A stretch of 32,000 nt of DNA from Mycobacterium sp. 852002-51057_SCH5723018 (GCF_001667035.1 NZ_LZIR01000096.1:60860-92859); one strand, 5' to 3'; counted from the first letter of the stretch, positions 1 to 8,878 are shown. A program made the numbers and translations. Notes: generated by a model not told the origin, from the letters alone.

Positions 1-149
1 GCAGCCAGACCCGGCTGGCGACGTGGGTGGCCGAACCGGGCCACACCGCGACGCCCGCGGGCAGCATCTCGACGCCGGTCGACCAGATCGCCGCCGTTCA
101 GGTGGTTTCCGCCGACAACGGCCAGGTTCTGCTGCAGCGCGCCATGTAA
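1..149 (+). CDS. rslA: C-terminal end of a membrane anti-sigma factor (RslA-like); 5' partial, continues upstream of the window
   Basis: Frame 3 reads SQTRLATWVAEPGHTATPAGSISTPVDQIAAVQVVSADNGQVLLQRAM* (stop 147-149). It aligns without gaps to the last 48 residues of the complete anti-sigma ORF at 11780-12520 (11 mismatches counted by eye). The symbol comes from my recollection of the M. tuberculosis RslA C-terminus and of the rslA / MarR-like Rv0737 / mmsB neighbourhood, which I cannot verify here. Confidence 0.6.
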   Translation, partial: SQTRLATWVAEPGHTATPAGSISTPVDQIAAVQVVSADNGQVLLQRAM

Positions 150-163
150 AACCCGACGCGGGG

Positions 164-191
164 TGAACTGAAGTTACCCACGCGTCGTATT
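164..191 (+). promoter_or_regulatory. ECF (SigL-type) promoter motif TGAACT-N16-CGTATT
   Basis: TGAACT at 164-169, a 16-nt spacer, CGTATT at 186-191. It lies 14 nt after the anti-sigma stop and 7 nt before ATG 199. The same box, spacing and context occur at 12536-12563. Confidence 0.55.
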
Positions 192-198
192 ACAAGAC

Positions 199-1941
199 AT
201 GCCCAGAAAGCAGCGGGTGGTCGACCTCCTCGTCGAGCGTCTCGCCTCGATCGGCGTCGACCACATCTTCGGCGTGGACGGCGCCAACATCGAGGACCTC
301 TACGACGCCGCACACTTCCGGTCCGACATCACCGCGGTCCTGGCAAAGCACGAGTTCTCCGCCGCCACCATGGCCGACGGGTACAGCCGCAGCGGCGCCG
401 GGCTCGGCGTCGTGGCTGCCACCTCCGGTGGCGGGGCGCTGAATCTGGTAGCGGCCCTTGGGGAGTCGCTGACGAGCCGGGTGCCGGTGTTGGCTCTGGT
501 CGGGCAAGCCCCGACAGCCATGGACGGCCGCGGCAGCTTCCAGGACACCAGCGGCCAAAACGGATCGCTGAACGCGCAGGCGTTGTTTTCGGCGGTGTCG
601 GTGTCGTGTGAGCGGGTGCTCACGCCGTCGGGCGTCGCGCCGGCGCTGTCCCGGGCGATCGCCGCGGCGCGCACCGGTGGTCCGGCGGTCCTGTTGCTGC
701 CCAAGGACATTCAGCAGGGGTACCTGGAATGCGATCGGGATGGCTGTCCGCCGCAGAACCCGCGTCCCATCGGCAACCCCCAACCGATCGTCGGGGTCCT
801 GCGCGACGCCGACGGCCCGGTCACGATCATCGTCGGCGAGCAGGTGGCCCGCGACGACGCCCGCGCCGAGCTGGAAGCGCTGCGGGCGGTGCTGCGGGCG
901 CGGGTGGCGACAGTCCCGGACGCCAAGGACGTGGCCGGCACGCCGGGTCTCGGGTCCTCGTCCGCGCTCGGGGTGACCGGAGTCATGGGCCACCCCGGTG
1001 TGGCCGAAGCGGTGGCCGGCAGCGCGGTGTGCCTGGTGGTCGGCACCCGCCTGTCGGTCACCGCGCGCACCGGGCTCGACGACGCCCTGGCGGCGGTGCC
1101 GACCGTCTCGATCGGCTCGGCGCCACCGTATGTTCCGGCCACCCACGTGCACACCGACGACCTGCGCGGCTCGCTGCGAATGCTGACCCAGGCGCTGTCC
1201 GGCACCGGACGGCCGACGCGGGTGCGGGTGCCCGACATGGTGCGTCGCACCGAACTGGCCCCGCCGCCGTTCGCCGGCTCGGGCGTGCGCTATCGCGACG
1301 CGATGGCGGTGCTGGACGGCTGCCTGCCCGACGGGACGGACATCGTGGTCGACGCCGGCAACACCGGCGCGGCGGCGATCCACTACCTGCCGGCACGGCG
1401 GGGCGGCAGGTTCGCGGTCGCGCTGGGCATGGGCGGCATGGGCTACAGCTTCGGCGCCGGCATCGGCATGGCCTTCGGGCGCGCCAACAGCGGACGGCCC
1501 GGTGGGCGCACCGTGGTGATCGCCGGTGACGGGGCGTTCTACATGCACGGCATGGAGGTCCACACCGCGGTGCAGTACCGGCTGCCGGTGACGTTCGTGT
1601 TGTTCAACAACAACGCCCACGCCATGTGCGTGACGCGCGAGCAGCTGTTCTACGACGACCTGTACAGCTATAACCGGTTCCACGCCAGCCAGCTGGGTGC
1701 TGGGTTGGCGGGCATGTTCCCCGGCCTGACGTCCGTCGACGTCGGCGACCTCGACGGCCTCGCCGCGGCCATGCGTGCGGCGCTGGCCGTCGACGGCCCG
1801 GCCGTGGTCAGCGTCGAATGCGCCGCCGACGAGATGCCGCCCTTCGCACCGTTTCTCACCCAGGCGTCGGCCAAAGCGACCGGCGCACAGGAGATTCCAA
1901 CCGCAAAGGAGAACCGGACCGATGTCGCTGCTAGCGCTTGA
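199..1941 (+). CDS. Thiamine diphosphate-dependent enzyme (acetolactate synthase / 2-oxoacid decarboxylase-carboligase superfamily)
   Basis: 580-aa ORF. The N-terminal pyrimidine-binding domain has the conserved Glu context LAKHEFSAATMADGYSR. The ThDP/Mg motif is GDG-x24-NN (GDGAFYMHGMEVHTAVQYRLPVTFVLFNNN). Confidence 0.9.
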   Translation: MPRKQRVVDLLVERLASIGVDHIFGVDGANIEDLYDAAHFRSDITAVLAKHEFSAATMADGYSRSGAGLGVVAATSGGGALNLVAALGESLTSRVPVLALVGQAPTAMDGRGSFQDTSGQNGSLNAQALFSAVSVSCERVLTPSGVAPALSRAIAAARTGGPAVLLLPKDIQQGYLECDRDGCPPQNPRPIGNPQPIVGVLRDADGPVTIIVGEQVARDDARAELEALRAVLRARVATVPDAKDVAGTPGLGSSSALGVTGVMGHPGVAEAVAGSAVCLVVGTRLSVTARTGLDDALAAVPTVSIGSAPPYVPATHVHTDDLRGSLRMLTQALSGTGRPTRVRVPDMVRRTELAPPPFAGSGVRYRDAMAVLDGCLPDGTDIVVDAGNTGAAAIHYLPARRGGRFAVALGMGGMGYSFGAGIGMAFGRANSGRPGGRTVVIAGDGAFYMHGMEVHTAVQYRLPVTFVLFNNNAHAMCVTREQLFYDDLYSYNRFHASQLGAGLAGMFPGLTSVDVGDLDGLAAAMRAALAVDGPAVVSVECAADEMPPFAPFLTQASAKATGAQEIPTAKENRTDVAASA

Positions 1942-2584
1942 GGACATCCCCACACCCATTGACGGCGTAACGCGAATCGAAACGAGCCCCCGGGAGAAGG
2001 CCACCCCGATCATCATGGACATGATGCGGTCGGTCTACCCGCACGATCAGGTCTTCGGGGAATACTGCACCGTCAACGATTACGTCGACTGTCCGCCCGA
2101 CGAGCTGTACGAATACATGGCCGACACGCGCAGCCTGGAGGAGTGGACCTACAGCCTGCGTGGCTTCACCCCCACCGACGAACCGGGCCTGTGGCTGGCC
2201 TACGACCGGCTCGGCTCGGAGACCAAGATCTACACCCACACCATCGCCAACCCACAAGCCCGGACCGTCGACTACCACTGCGCCTGGGATCAGGGCAAGC
2301 ACCTGTGGATGGTCTACCTGATGCGCGTCATCGACGCGCAGGTGGTGCTCGACAAGCCCGGTTCGGTTGTGCTGTGGACGAATTGCCATCACCCGTTCTA
2401 CGACAAAAACCCGTACCCGGAGACGGCTCCGCCGCAGCGCCCGGTGTGGGTCGGCGACTTCTGGGACATGTTCGGCGCCGGCCATCTGCTGGAGCTGAAG
2501 AACCTCAAGGCGATCGCCGAGTACCGCCACCGCAACGGGCTTCCGGTGACACCCGATTGGATGCGGCGAAAAGGGGAGCAATGA
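1922..2584 (+). CDS. Conserved hypothetical protein, possibly SRPBCC/START-like (polyketide-cyclase-like) fold
   Basis: ATG 1922 is preceded by AAGGAGA about 10 nt upstream and overlaps the ThDP gene end by 20 nt (the track start 1775 is rejected). 220 aa. It is about 80% identical to 12766-13437 (34 mismatches in 180 aligned residues, counted by eye, mostly conservative), which supports real coding. The fold assignment is a guess from size and sequence pattern. Confidence 0.8.
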   Translation: MSLLALEDIPTPIDGVTRIETSPREKATPIIMDMMRSVYPHDQVFGEYCTVNDYVDCPPDELYEYMADTRSLEEWTYSLRGFTPTDEPGLWLAYDRLGSETKIYTHTIANPQARTVDYHCAWDQGKHLWMVYLMRVIDAQVVLDKPGSVVLWTNCHHPFYDKNPYPETAPPQRPVWVGDFWDMFGAGHLLELKNLKAIAEYRHRNGLPVTPDWMRRKGEQ

Positions 2585-3603
2585 TGACCACGCCGAGCGT
2601 CAGCCTGATCGACGTCTCCACCTATCTGCCCGGGGAACCGATCGGCGCCGACTACTACGCGCAATTCGCCGAATCCGATGAGCTGCGGGACAACATCATG
2701 TTCCGGGCGCCCAGCTTCCGCCATCACGTCGCGCCGGACGAGAGTTCGATCGACATGATCGAGAGCGCGGCGCAGGGCCTGATCGAGCGGCACGGCCACG
2801 ACGTCGTCGAAGGCGCCGACGTGCTGATCACCCACACGCAGGTGCCCGACATGGCGTTCTACGGCCAAGGGGCCGGCATCGCGCACCGGCTGGGCATGCG
2901 GCCCTCCTGGGTGCTCGACCTGAACAACGGCGGGTGCGGGGCATTCGTGTTGGCGCTCAACGTGGCTCGCAAACTGCTGACGGCGGGCGAGGGGCGCACC
3001 GCGCTGATCGCCATCGCGCAAAACGCCGCCGGGCAGTTCTTCGACCAACCGACGATTCGGCGCAAGGCGCAGTCGGCGGTGCCCGGCGACGGGGCGGCGG
3101 TGGGGCTGGTCACGCTGTCCGACCAGTCACCCATCCTGGATGTCGAGTGCCGCACGTACGGCGAGTACGCCGGTGAAATGACGCTTTCGTTCGATCCGCC
3201 GCGCAAGTGGTGGCAGCCCGGGTCCGGCGAGGGCTCCATCGGCTTCACCGACAGCAAGATCACCAAGGTGCTGGCCCGCGGCAACCGGCAGGTCCCCGAG
3301 GTCGCGCTGGCGGTATGTGACCGAATCGGCCTGGCCGCCAAAGACATTGATCTGTTGGTCACCAACCAGCCCAACCGCGCGTTCCTGCGCAACTGGCGCG
3401 ACGCGCTCGAATTGCCGCCCGAACGCCATCGGGACACTTTCGATCAGTGTGGCAACCTGTTCGGCGCCGGAATCCCGATCAACCTCGACCACGCGATAGC
3501 CGACCGTCAGGTCAAGGCCGGCGACGTGGTCCTGATGGCGGCCTTCGCCCACGCCGGCGACTTCGCCGGCGCGGCGGCCGTGCGCTGGGGAGGGCGAGAC
3601 TGA
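2581..3603 (+). CDS. KAS III (FabH)-like condensing-enzyme family protein with a non-canonical active site
   Basis: ATG 2581 has GGGGAG upstream and an ATGA overlap with the previous stop. 340 aa. The active-site Cys context is LNNGGCGAFVLAL and the C-terminal Asn motif is CGNLFGAGIP. The position of the FabH HQAN motif reads VTNQPN. Confidence 0.9.
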   Translation: MMTTPSVSLIDVSTYLPGEPIGADYYAQFAESDELRDNIMFRAPSFRHHVAPDESSIDMIESAAQGLIERHGHDVVEGADVLITHTQVPDMAFYGQGAGIAHRLGMRPSWVLDLNNGGCGAFVLALNVARKLLTAGEGRTALIAIAQNAAGQFFDQPTIRRKAQSAVPGDGAAVGLVTLSDQSPILDVECRTYGEYAGEMTLSFDPPRKWWQPGSGEGSIGFTDSKITKVLARGNRQVPEVALAVCDRIGLAAKDIDLLVTNQPNRAFLRNWRDALELPPERHRDTFDQCGNLFGAGIPINLDHAIADRQVKAGDVVLMAAFAHAGDFAGAAAVRWGGRD

Positions 3604-4655
3604 TGCAACCCGTCCCGGGTCTGTTCGCCGCCGAGATCGACGAGGCGTTTCCCAACGCCGACGATCCGCTCGCCTTGTCGCTCAACGAGAATCCGTTTCC
3701 GCCGCTGCCGGCGGTGCGGTCGGCGTTGATCCGTTCGATCTACGCGGCCAACCGGTATCCGGAGTTCCTGCCGGAACGGCTGCGCGGCTTGATCGCGGGC
3801 CATGTCGGGGTGCCCGCCGACCACGTGGTGCTGGGCGCCGGCGCGACGGGCGTGGCGTTGCAGGCCCTGCACGCGCTGACCGCGCCGGGTGACGCGATAG
3901 CCATGGCGGCGCCGAACTTCGACGGGTATCCGATCATCGCGCAAATGGCGCGGCTGAACCCGCTGACCGTCCCGCTCGGCAGCGACGGCCACAACGACCT
4001 CGACGGGCTGGCCGACGCCGCCGCAAGCGCCCGCGTGGTGGTGGTGTGCCGCCCGCACAACCCGACCGGCACGCTGGAGCCCGTCGCCGAGCTGTTGGGG
4101 TTCCTGCGCCGGGTACCGGGCGACACCATCGTGCTGCTCGACGAGGCCTACATCGAGTTCGCCGCGCCCGAGCTCCGGGTCGACGTCGCGGCGTTGCTCG
4201 CCCAGTTTCCCAACGTGGTGGTGCTTCGGACGTTCTCCAAGGCGTACGGGCTGGCCGGGCTGCGGATCGGTTACGGGCTGGCGGCACCGGGGCTGGCTCG
4301 CACGCTGTGGTCCCAGCAGCTGCCGTTCGGCATCGCGCTCACCAGTTTGCTGGCGGTCGCGTCGTCCTATCAAGCCGAAGATCAACTGCTGCAACGGATC
4401 CAGTCGATCAACGCCGAACGTCGCTATCTGCGGATGCGGCTGAGCGCGTTGGGGATATACACCACAGACGCCCACGCGAACTTCATGTACCTGCCTTCGA
4501 GGGGTCGGCGGGACAGGTCGTGGCATGAGGTGTTCGCCGACAGCGGACTCCACGTCCGCCACTACGGCGACGGGGGCGCGCGGATCACCGTGGGCAACCG
4601 CGCGTCGACGCTGGCGGTGCTGTCCGCGATAGGAAAGACCTCGCTTCGGCCGTAG
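3603..4655 (+). CDS. PLP-dependent aminotransferase, class I/II (HisC / aromatic aminotransferase-like)
   Basis: TGATG overlap with the KAS III-like gene. 350 aa. Motifs: LSLNENPFPP, CRPHNPTG and the PLP-lysine motif RTFSKAYGLAGLRIGY. Confidence 0.9.
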   Translation: MQPVPGLFAAEIDEAFPNADDPLALSLNENPFPPLPAVRSALIRSIYAANRYPEFLPERLRGLIAGHVGVPADHVVLGAGATGVALQALHALTAPGDAIAMAAPNFDGYPIIAQMARLNPLTVPLGSDGHNDLDGLADAAASARVVVVCRPHNPTGTLEPVAELLGFLRRVPGDTIVLLDEAYIEFAAPELRVDVAALLAQFPNVVVLRTFSKAYGLAGLRIGYGLAAPGLARTLWSQQLPFGIALTSLLAVASSYQAEDQLLQRIQSINAERRYLRMRLSALGIYTTDAHANFMYLPSRGRRDRSWHEVFADSGLHVRHYGDGGARITVGNRASTLAVLSAIGKTSLRP

Positions 4656-4672
4656 ATGCGGTAAGAAAGGGC

Positions 4673-5176
4673 GTGGGCGCCTCACGATCCAAACGTGATC
4701 CGATCGCCGCGGCGCGCGACAACTGGGAGCGCGCCGGGTGGGGTGACGTGTCGCCGGGCATGGTCGCGGTCACCTCGGTGATGCGTGCCCATCAGATCCT
4801 GCTGGCGCGCGTCGAGGCCGCGTTGCGTCCCTACGACTTGAGTTTCTCCCGGTACGAGTTGTTGCGGCTGCTGGCGTTCAGCCGTACCGGAGCGCTGCCC
4901 ATCACCAAGGCGTCCGATCGCTTGCAGGTGCACGTCACCAGCGTCACCCACGCCATCCGCCGGCTGGAGGCCGACGGGCTGGTGCAGCGGGTGCCGCACC
5001 CCACCGACGGGCGCACCACGCTGGTGCAGATCACCGACCTCGGCCGGTCCACGGTCGAGGACGCCACCGTGACGCTCAACGAGCAGGTGTTCGCCGACAT
5101 CGGCATGGAAGCCAGCGAGTCGGAAGCGCTGGTGTCGTCCATAGAAACGTTGCGGCGCAACGCGGGCGATTTCTGA
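4673..5176 (+). CDS. MarR-family transcriptional regulator
   Basis: GTG 4673; 167 aa. It shows a winged-helix pattern (LSFSRYELLRLL ... LPITKASDRLQVHVTSVTHAIRRLEADGLVQRVPHPTDGRTTLVQIT). Confidence 0.85.
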   Translation: MGASRSKRDPIAAARDNWERAGWGDVSPGMVAVTSVMRAHQILLARVEAALRPYDLSFSRYELLRLLAFSRTGALPITKASDRLQVHVTSVTHAIRRLEADGLVQRVPHPTDGRTTLVQITDLGRSTVEDATVTLNEQVFADIGMEASESEALVSSIETLRRNAGDF

Positions 5177-5203
5177 ATCGGTGGCGCGCGTGGTCACATC
5201 CGT

Positions 5204-5234
5204 CCCACTTGTCCCGCCGCGGGCAAAAAGTGGG
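5204..5234. terminator. Hairpin between convergent MarR and mmsB genes (possible bidirectional terminator)
   Basis: CCCACTT (5204-5210) pairs with AAGTGGG (5228-5234), and there is internal GC pairing (cccgc/gcggg). It sits in the 113-nt gap between two convergent stops. There is no clear U-tract. Confidence 0.35.
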
Positions 5235-5289
5235 TTGCAGTCCTCGCAGGTGACAATGTGGCGTTTGTGAATACCGTTGCGGCAGTGCG

Positions 5290-6168
5290 TCAGCGCAGCA
5301 TCTCGATGACCGCGCTGAAGTCCTTGCCGGCGTGGGAGGCGTCGGACGCGATGAACTCTGCATAGATCTCGGCGGCGTGGGTGCCCAGCGGCGCCGCAGA
5401 ACCGGTCGAGACCACCGCGTCCATCGCCAGGGCCAGGTCCTTGTTCATCAGCGCGGTCGCGAAGCCCGGCTTGAAGTCGTTGTTGGCCGGCGAGGTCGGC
5501 ACCGGGCCCGGCGCCGGGCAGTTGGTGTGCACCGCCCAGCAGTTCCCCGTCGCGCCGGTGATGACGTCGAACAGCGACTGCGCCGACAGTCCCAGCTTCT
5601 CGGCAAGGACGAACGCCTCGCCGATCACGATCTGCTGCACCGCCAGCACCATGTTGTTGCACACCTTGGCGGCCTGTCCCGCCCCGGCCGCGCCGCAGTG
5701 AATGATCTTGCCCGCCATCGGTTCCAGCACAGGTCGCGCTCGCTCCAGCGCGGCCTCGTCGCCGCCCACCATGAACGCCAGCGTCCCGGCGACGGCGCCC
5801 TTGACCCCGCCCGAGACCGGCGCGTCCAGCTGCGAGACGCCGTGCGACTCGGCGAGCGCGTGCACCTCGCGCGCGTCGTTGACCGAGATCGTGGAGCTGT
5901 CGATGAACAGCGCGCCCGCCTTGGCGGCGGGCAGGATGTCGGCGTAGCAGCGTTTGACGATGTCGCCGTTGGGCAGCATGGTGATGGCCACGTCGGCATC
6001 AGCGACCGCGTCGGCGGCGGTGTCGAACATCGCGACCCCGGCAGTCGTTGCGGCGGCCGCCGCCGTGGGCACCGGGTCGTACCCGCCCACGGTGTGGCCG
6101 GCGGCAACGAGATTGGCGGACATGGGGCCGCCCATGTTGCCCAGCCCCAGGAACGCGATTGCCGTCAT
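5290..6168 (-). CDS. mmsB: 3-hydroxyisobutyrate dehydrogenase
   Basis: 292 aa with the N-terminal Rossmann motif IAFLGLGNMGGPMSANL. It is the last gene of an mmsA-fadE9-mmsB string, as in M. tuberculosis Rv0753c-Rv0751c. Confidence 0.9.
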   Translation of the reverse strand: MTAIAFLGLGNMGGPMSANLVAAGHTVGGYDPVPTAAAAATTAGVAMFDTAADAVADADVAITMLPNGDIVKRCYADILPAAKAGALFIDSSTISVNDAREVHALAESHGVSQLDAPVSGGVKGAVAGTLAFMVGGDEAALERARPVLEPMAGKIIHCGAAGAGQAAKVCNNMVLAVQQIVIGEAFVLAEKLGLSAQSLFDVITGATGNCWAVHTNCPAPGPVPTSPANNDFKPGFATALMNKDLALAMDAVVSTGSAAPLGTHAAEIYAEFIASDASHAGKDFSAVIEMLR

Positions 6169-6186
6169 TGACCCTCCTGCGCCCGC

Positions 6187-7353
6187 TCAAGAAGCCCTGA
6201 ACCGGGCGGCCTCTGCCCGGCCGATGACCACCCGCATGATTTCATTGGTCCCTTCCAGGATCCGATGCACCCGCAGATCGCGCAGGATCTTCTCCACACC
6301 GTACTCGCGCAGGTAACCGTAGCCGCCGTGCAGTTGCAGCGCCTTGTCGGCGACCTCGAAGCAGGTGTCGGTGACATAGCGCTTGGCCATCGCGCACAGT
6401 TCGACCTTGTCGGGGTCATTGGCGTCGAGGGCATTTGCCGCCCGCCACAACATCATTCGCGAGGTCTCAAGCCCGGTCGCCATGTCGGCCAGGGTGAACC
6501 GCACGGTCGGCTCGTCGAGCAGGGCTGAGCCGAACGCCTCCCGCTCCCGCACATACGCGCCCGCTTTGTCGAAGGCCGACTGCGCGCCGCCCAGCGAGCA
6601 CGCCGCGATGTTGAGCCGTCCGCCGTTGAGCCCGTTCATCGCGATGCCGAAGCCCGCCCCCTCGCCGTCGAGCCCGCCCAGCATCGCGTCGGCCGGCACC
6701 CGCACGCCCTCCAGGATCACCTGGGCGGCGGGCGGGGGGTGGCCGCCCATCTTCTCCTCGAGCGCACCGAAACTCAGCCCCTCGGAGCCCTTTTCGACGA
6801 CAAAGGCCGAGATGCCGCGCGGGCCCGGTCTTTCTGGACCGCCGGTTCTTGCCATCACCACGTACACGTCCGAGGCGCCCGCGCCGGAAATGAACTGCTT
6901 GACACCGTCGAGCACGTAGTCGCCGCCGTGCTTGACGGCGCGGGTGCTCAGCGCGCTGGCGTCCGACCCGGCGCCCGGTTCGGTGAGGCAGTAGCTGGCG
7001 ATGACGTCCATCGAGGCCAATCGCGGAACCCAGGCCTTGCGCTGTTCGGGGGTGCCGAAGGTGTCGATCATCCACGCGCACATGTTGTGGATGGACAGGA
7101 ACGCCGCCGTGACGGGGTCGGCGATCGCCAGCTGCTCGAAGATCCGGACCCCGTCGAGCCGGCGCAGCCCGCTGCCGCCGACGTCGTCGCGGCAGTAGAT
7201 CGCCGCCATGCCGAGTTCGGCGGATTCCCGCAACACGTCCGTCGGGAAGTGCTTGGTGGCATCCCATTCCAGGGCGTGCGGGGCGAGGCGCTTGGCGGCG
7301 AACGCGGCGGCCGTCTCGGTGATGACCCGTTCGTCGTCATTCAAAGTAAACAT
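6187..7353 (-). CDS. fadE9: Acyl-CoA dehydrogenase (isobutyryl-CoA dehydrogenase-like)
   Basis: 388 aa with ACAD patterns (YCLTEPGAGSD; the C-terminal QLHGGYGYLREYGVEKILRDLRVHRILEGTNEIM). It starts 4 nt after the mmsA stop. The symbol is assigned by synteny. Confidence 0.88.
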   Translation of the reverse strand: MFTLNDDERVITETAAAFAAKRLAPHALEWDATKHFPTDVLRESAELGMAAIYCRDDVGGSGLRRLDGVRIFEQLAIADPVTAAFLSIHNMCAWMIDTFGTPEQRKAWVPRLASMDVIASYCLTEPGAGSDASALSTRAVKHGGDYVLDGVKQFISGAGASDVYVVMARTGGPERPGPRGISAFVVEKGSEGLSFGALEEKMGGHPPPAAQVILEGVRVPADAMLGGLDGEGAGFGIAMNGLNGGRLNIAACSLGGAQSAFDKAGAYVREREAFGSALLDEPTVRFTLADMATGLETSRMMLWRAANALDANDPDKVELCAMAKRYVTDTCFEVADKALQLHGGYGYLREYGVEKILRDLRVHRILEGTNEIMRVVIGRAEAARFRAS

Positions 7354-7357
7354 CGTT

Positions 7358-8878
7358 CTAATTCATGGTGGGGATGACGAATTCGGCGCCGTCCTTGATG
7401 CCCGACGGCCACCGCGACGTCACCGTCTTGACCTTGGTGTAGAACTGGATCGACGTCGGACCGTGCTGGTTGAGGTCGCCGAAGCCGGAGCGCTTCCAGC
7501 CGCCGAAGGTGTGGTAGGCCACCGGGACCGGGATCGGCACGTTGACGCCGACCATGCCCACCTGCACCCGGGAGATGAAGTCGCGAGCGGTGTCACCGTC
7601 GCGGGTGAAGACCGCCACACCGTTGCCGTACTCATGCTCCGACGGCAGCCGCAGGGCCTCCTCGTAATCGTGCGCGCGCACCATGCACAGCACCGGGCCG
7701 AAGATCTCGTCGGTGTAGATCGACATGTCGGGGGTGACGTGGTCGAACAGGGTGGGGCCGATGAAGAAGCCGCCCTCGAGGTTGGCGTCACCAAAAGTCA
7801 GATCGTCGCTGGCCCGCTCACGGCCGTCGATGACGATTTCGGCGCCCGCCTCGGCGCCCTGGCCGATGTAGTCGCGCACCCGCGCCAGGGCGGCCTCGGT
7901 GACCAGCGGGCCGTAGTCGGCCTTGGGGTCCAGGCTGTGCCCGACGCGCAGGTTGTTGATCCGCTCGATCAGCCTGGCGCGCAACCGATCCGCGGTCTGC
8001 TCCCCGACGGGCACCGCGACGCTGATCGCCATGCAGCGTTCGCCGGCGCTGCCGTACCCGGCGCCGATCAGCGCGTCGACGGCCTGATCCAGGTCGGCGT
8101 CGGGCATCACGATCATGTGGTTCTTGGCGCCGCCGAAGCACTGCGACCGCTTGCCGGTCGCCGCGGCCGTCGAGTAGATGTACTGCGCGATGTCGGAGCT
8201 GCCGACGAAACCCACCGCCTGGATGTCGGCATGGTGCAGGATGGCGTCGACGGCCTCCTTGTCGCCGTGCACGACCTGGAACACCCCCGGGGGCAGGCCG
8301 GCCTCTCCGAACAACTCGGCCAGCCGCACCGGGACCGACGGGTCGCGCTCACTGGGCTTGAGGATGAACGCGTTTCCGCACGCCAGGGCCGGTCCGGCCT
8401 TCCACAGTGGGATCATCGCCGGGAAGTTGAACGGGGTGATGCCGGCCACGACGCCCAGCGGTTGCCGCAGGGAGTAGACGTCGATTCCGGGACCGGCGCC
8501 CTCGCTGTACTCGCCCTTGAGCAGGTGCGGGATGCCGATGCAGAACTCGATCACCTCGATGCCGCGCTGGATGTCGCCGCGTGCGTCGGGCACCGTCTTG
8601 CCGTGCTCGAGGGACAGCAGCTCGGCCAGCTCGTCACTGTTCTTGTTGACCAGCTCGACGAAGCGCATCATCACCCGGGCGCGACGCTGCGGATTCCAAG
8701 CCGCCCAGCCTTTTTGGGCCTCGACGGCCGAGGCGACCGCCGCGTCGACGTCGGCCTTGCCGGCCATCGGAACCTCGGCCTGCACCTGCCCGGTGCTGGG
8801 GTTGAAGACGTCGGCGGTGCGGGTGGACTGGCCGGCGGTGCGCTTCCCATCGATGAAGTGCGGGATCTGTGTGGTCAT
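7358..8878 (-). CDS. mmsA: Methylmalonate-semialdehyde dehydrogenase (CoA-acylating)
   Basis: ATG 8878 (MTTQIPHFIDGKR); 506 aa. It belongs to the ALDH superfamily with the catalytic Cys context GSAGERCMA. The long upstream extension in the ORF track (to 9154) is rejected. Confidence 0.92.
   Translation of the reverse strand: MTTQIPHFIDGKRTAGQSTRTADVFNPSTGQVQAEVPMAGKADVDAAVASAVEAQKGWAAWNPQRRARVMMRFVELVNKNSDELAELLSLEHGKTVPDARGDIQRGIEVIEFCIGIPHLLKGEYSEGAGPGIDVYSLRQPLGVVAGITPFNFPAMIPLWKAGPALACGNAFILKPSERDPSVPVRLAELFGEAGLPPGVFQVVHGDKEAVDAILHHADIQAVGFVGSSDIAQYIYSTAAATGKRSQCFGGAKNHMIVMPDADLDQAVDALIGAGYGSAGERCMAISVAVPVGEQTADRLRARLIERINNLRVGHSLDPKADYGPLVTEAALARVRDYIGQGAEAGAEIVIDGRERASDDLTFGDANLEGGFFIGPTLFDHVTPDMSIYTDEIFGPVLCMVRAHDYEEALRLPSEHEYGNGVAVFTRDGDTARDFISRVQVGMVGVNVPIPVPVAYHTFGGWKRSGFGDLNQHGPTSIQFYTKVKTVTSRWPSGIKDGAEFVIPTMN

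Larger units (their letters stand above)
3..4655 (+). repeat. Copy A of a diverged segmental duplication (anti-sigma 3' end, promoter, ThDP enzyme, SRPBCC-like, KAS III-like, aminotransferase)
   Basis: Collinear with 12374-15502 at DNA and protein level. Gene order, the ATGA and TGATG gene overlaps and the promoter box are all shared. Copy B lacks about 1.6 kb of the ThDP gene. Confidence 0.85.

Noticed and set aside
190-2022. A 610-aa ORF antisense to the ThDP-enzyme gene. Similar long antisense or shadow ORFs occur at 3507-4685, 4682-5662, 5332-6171, 14456-15730 and 17973-18764.
   Set aside because: These are typical GC-rich shadow frames. Their translations are Arg/Pro/Gly/Ala-rich and low in complexity, with no motifs. 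They fully overlap ORFs that have clear family signatures and, for the cassette, paralogue conservation.
6724-6747. An odd GGHPPPAA segment in the FadE9-like protein, where other acyl-CoA dehydrogenases have a Trp/Gln/Thr-containing loop. It sits at a C-rich homopolymer tract and could be a compensated frameshift or sequencing error.
   Set aside because: I cannot align to a reference without tools. The reading frame is intact on both sides, so this may be natural variation.
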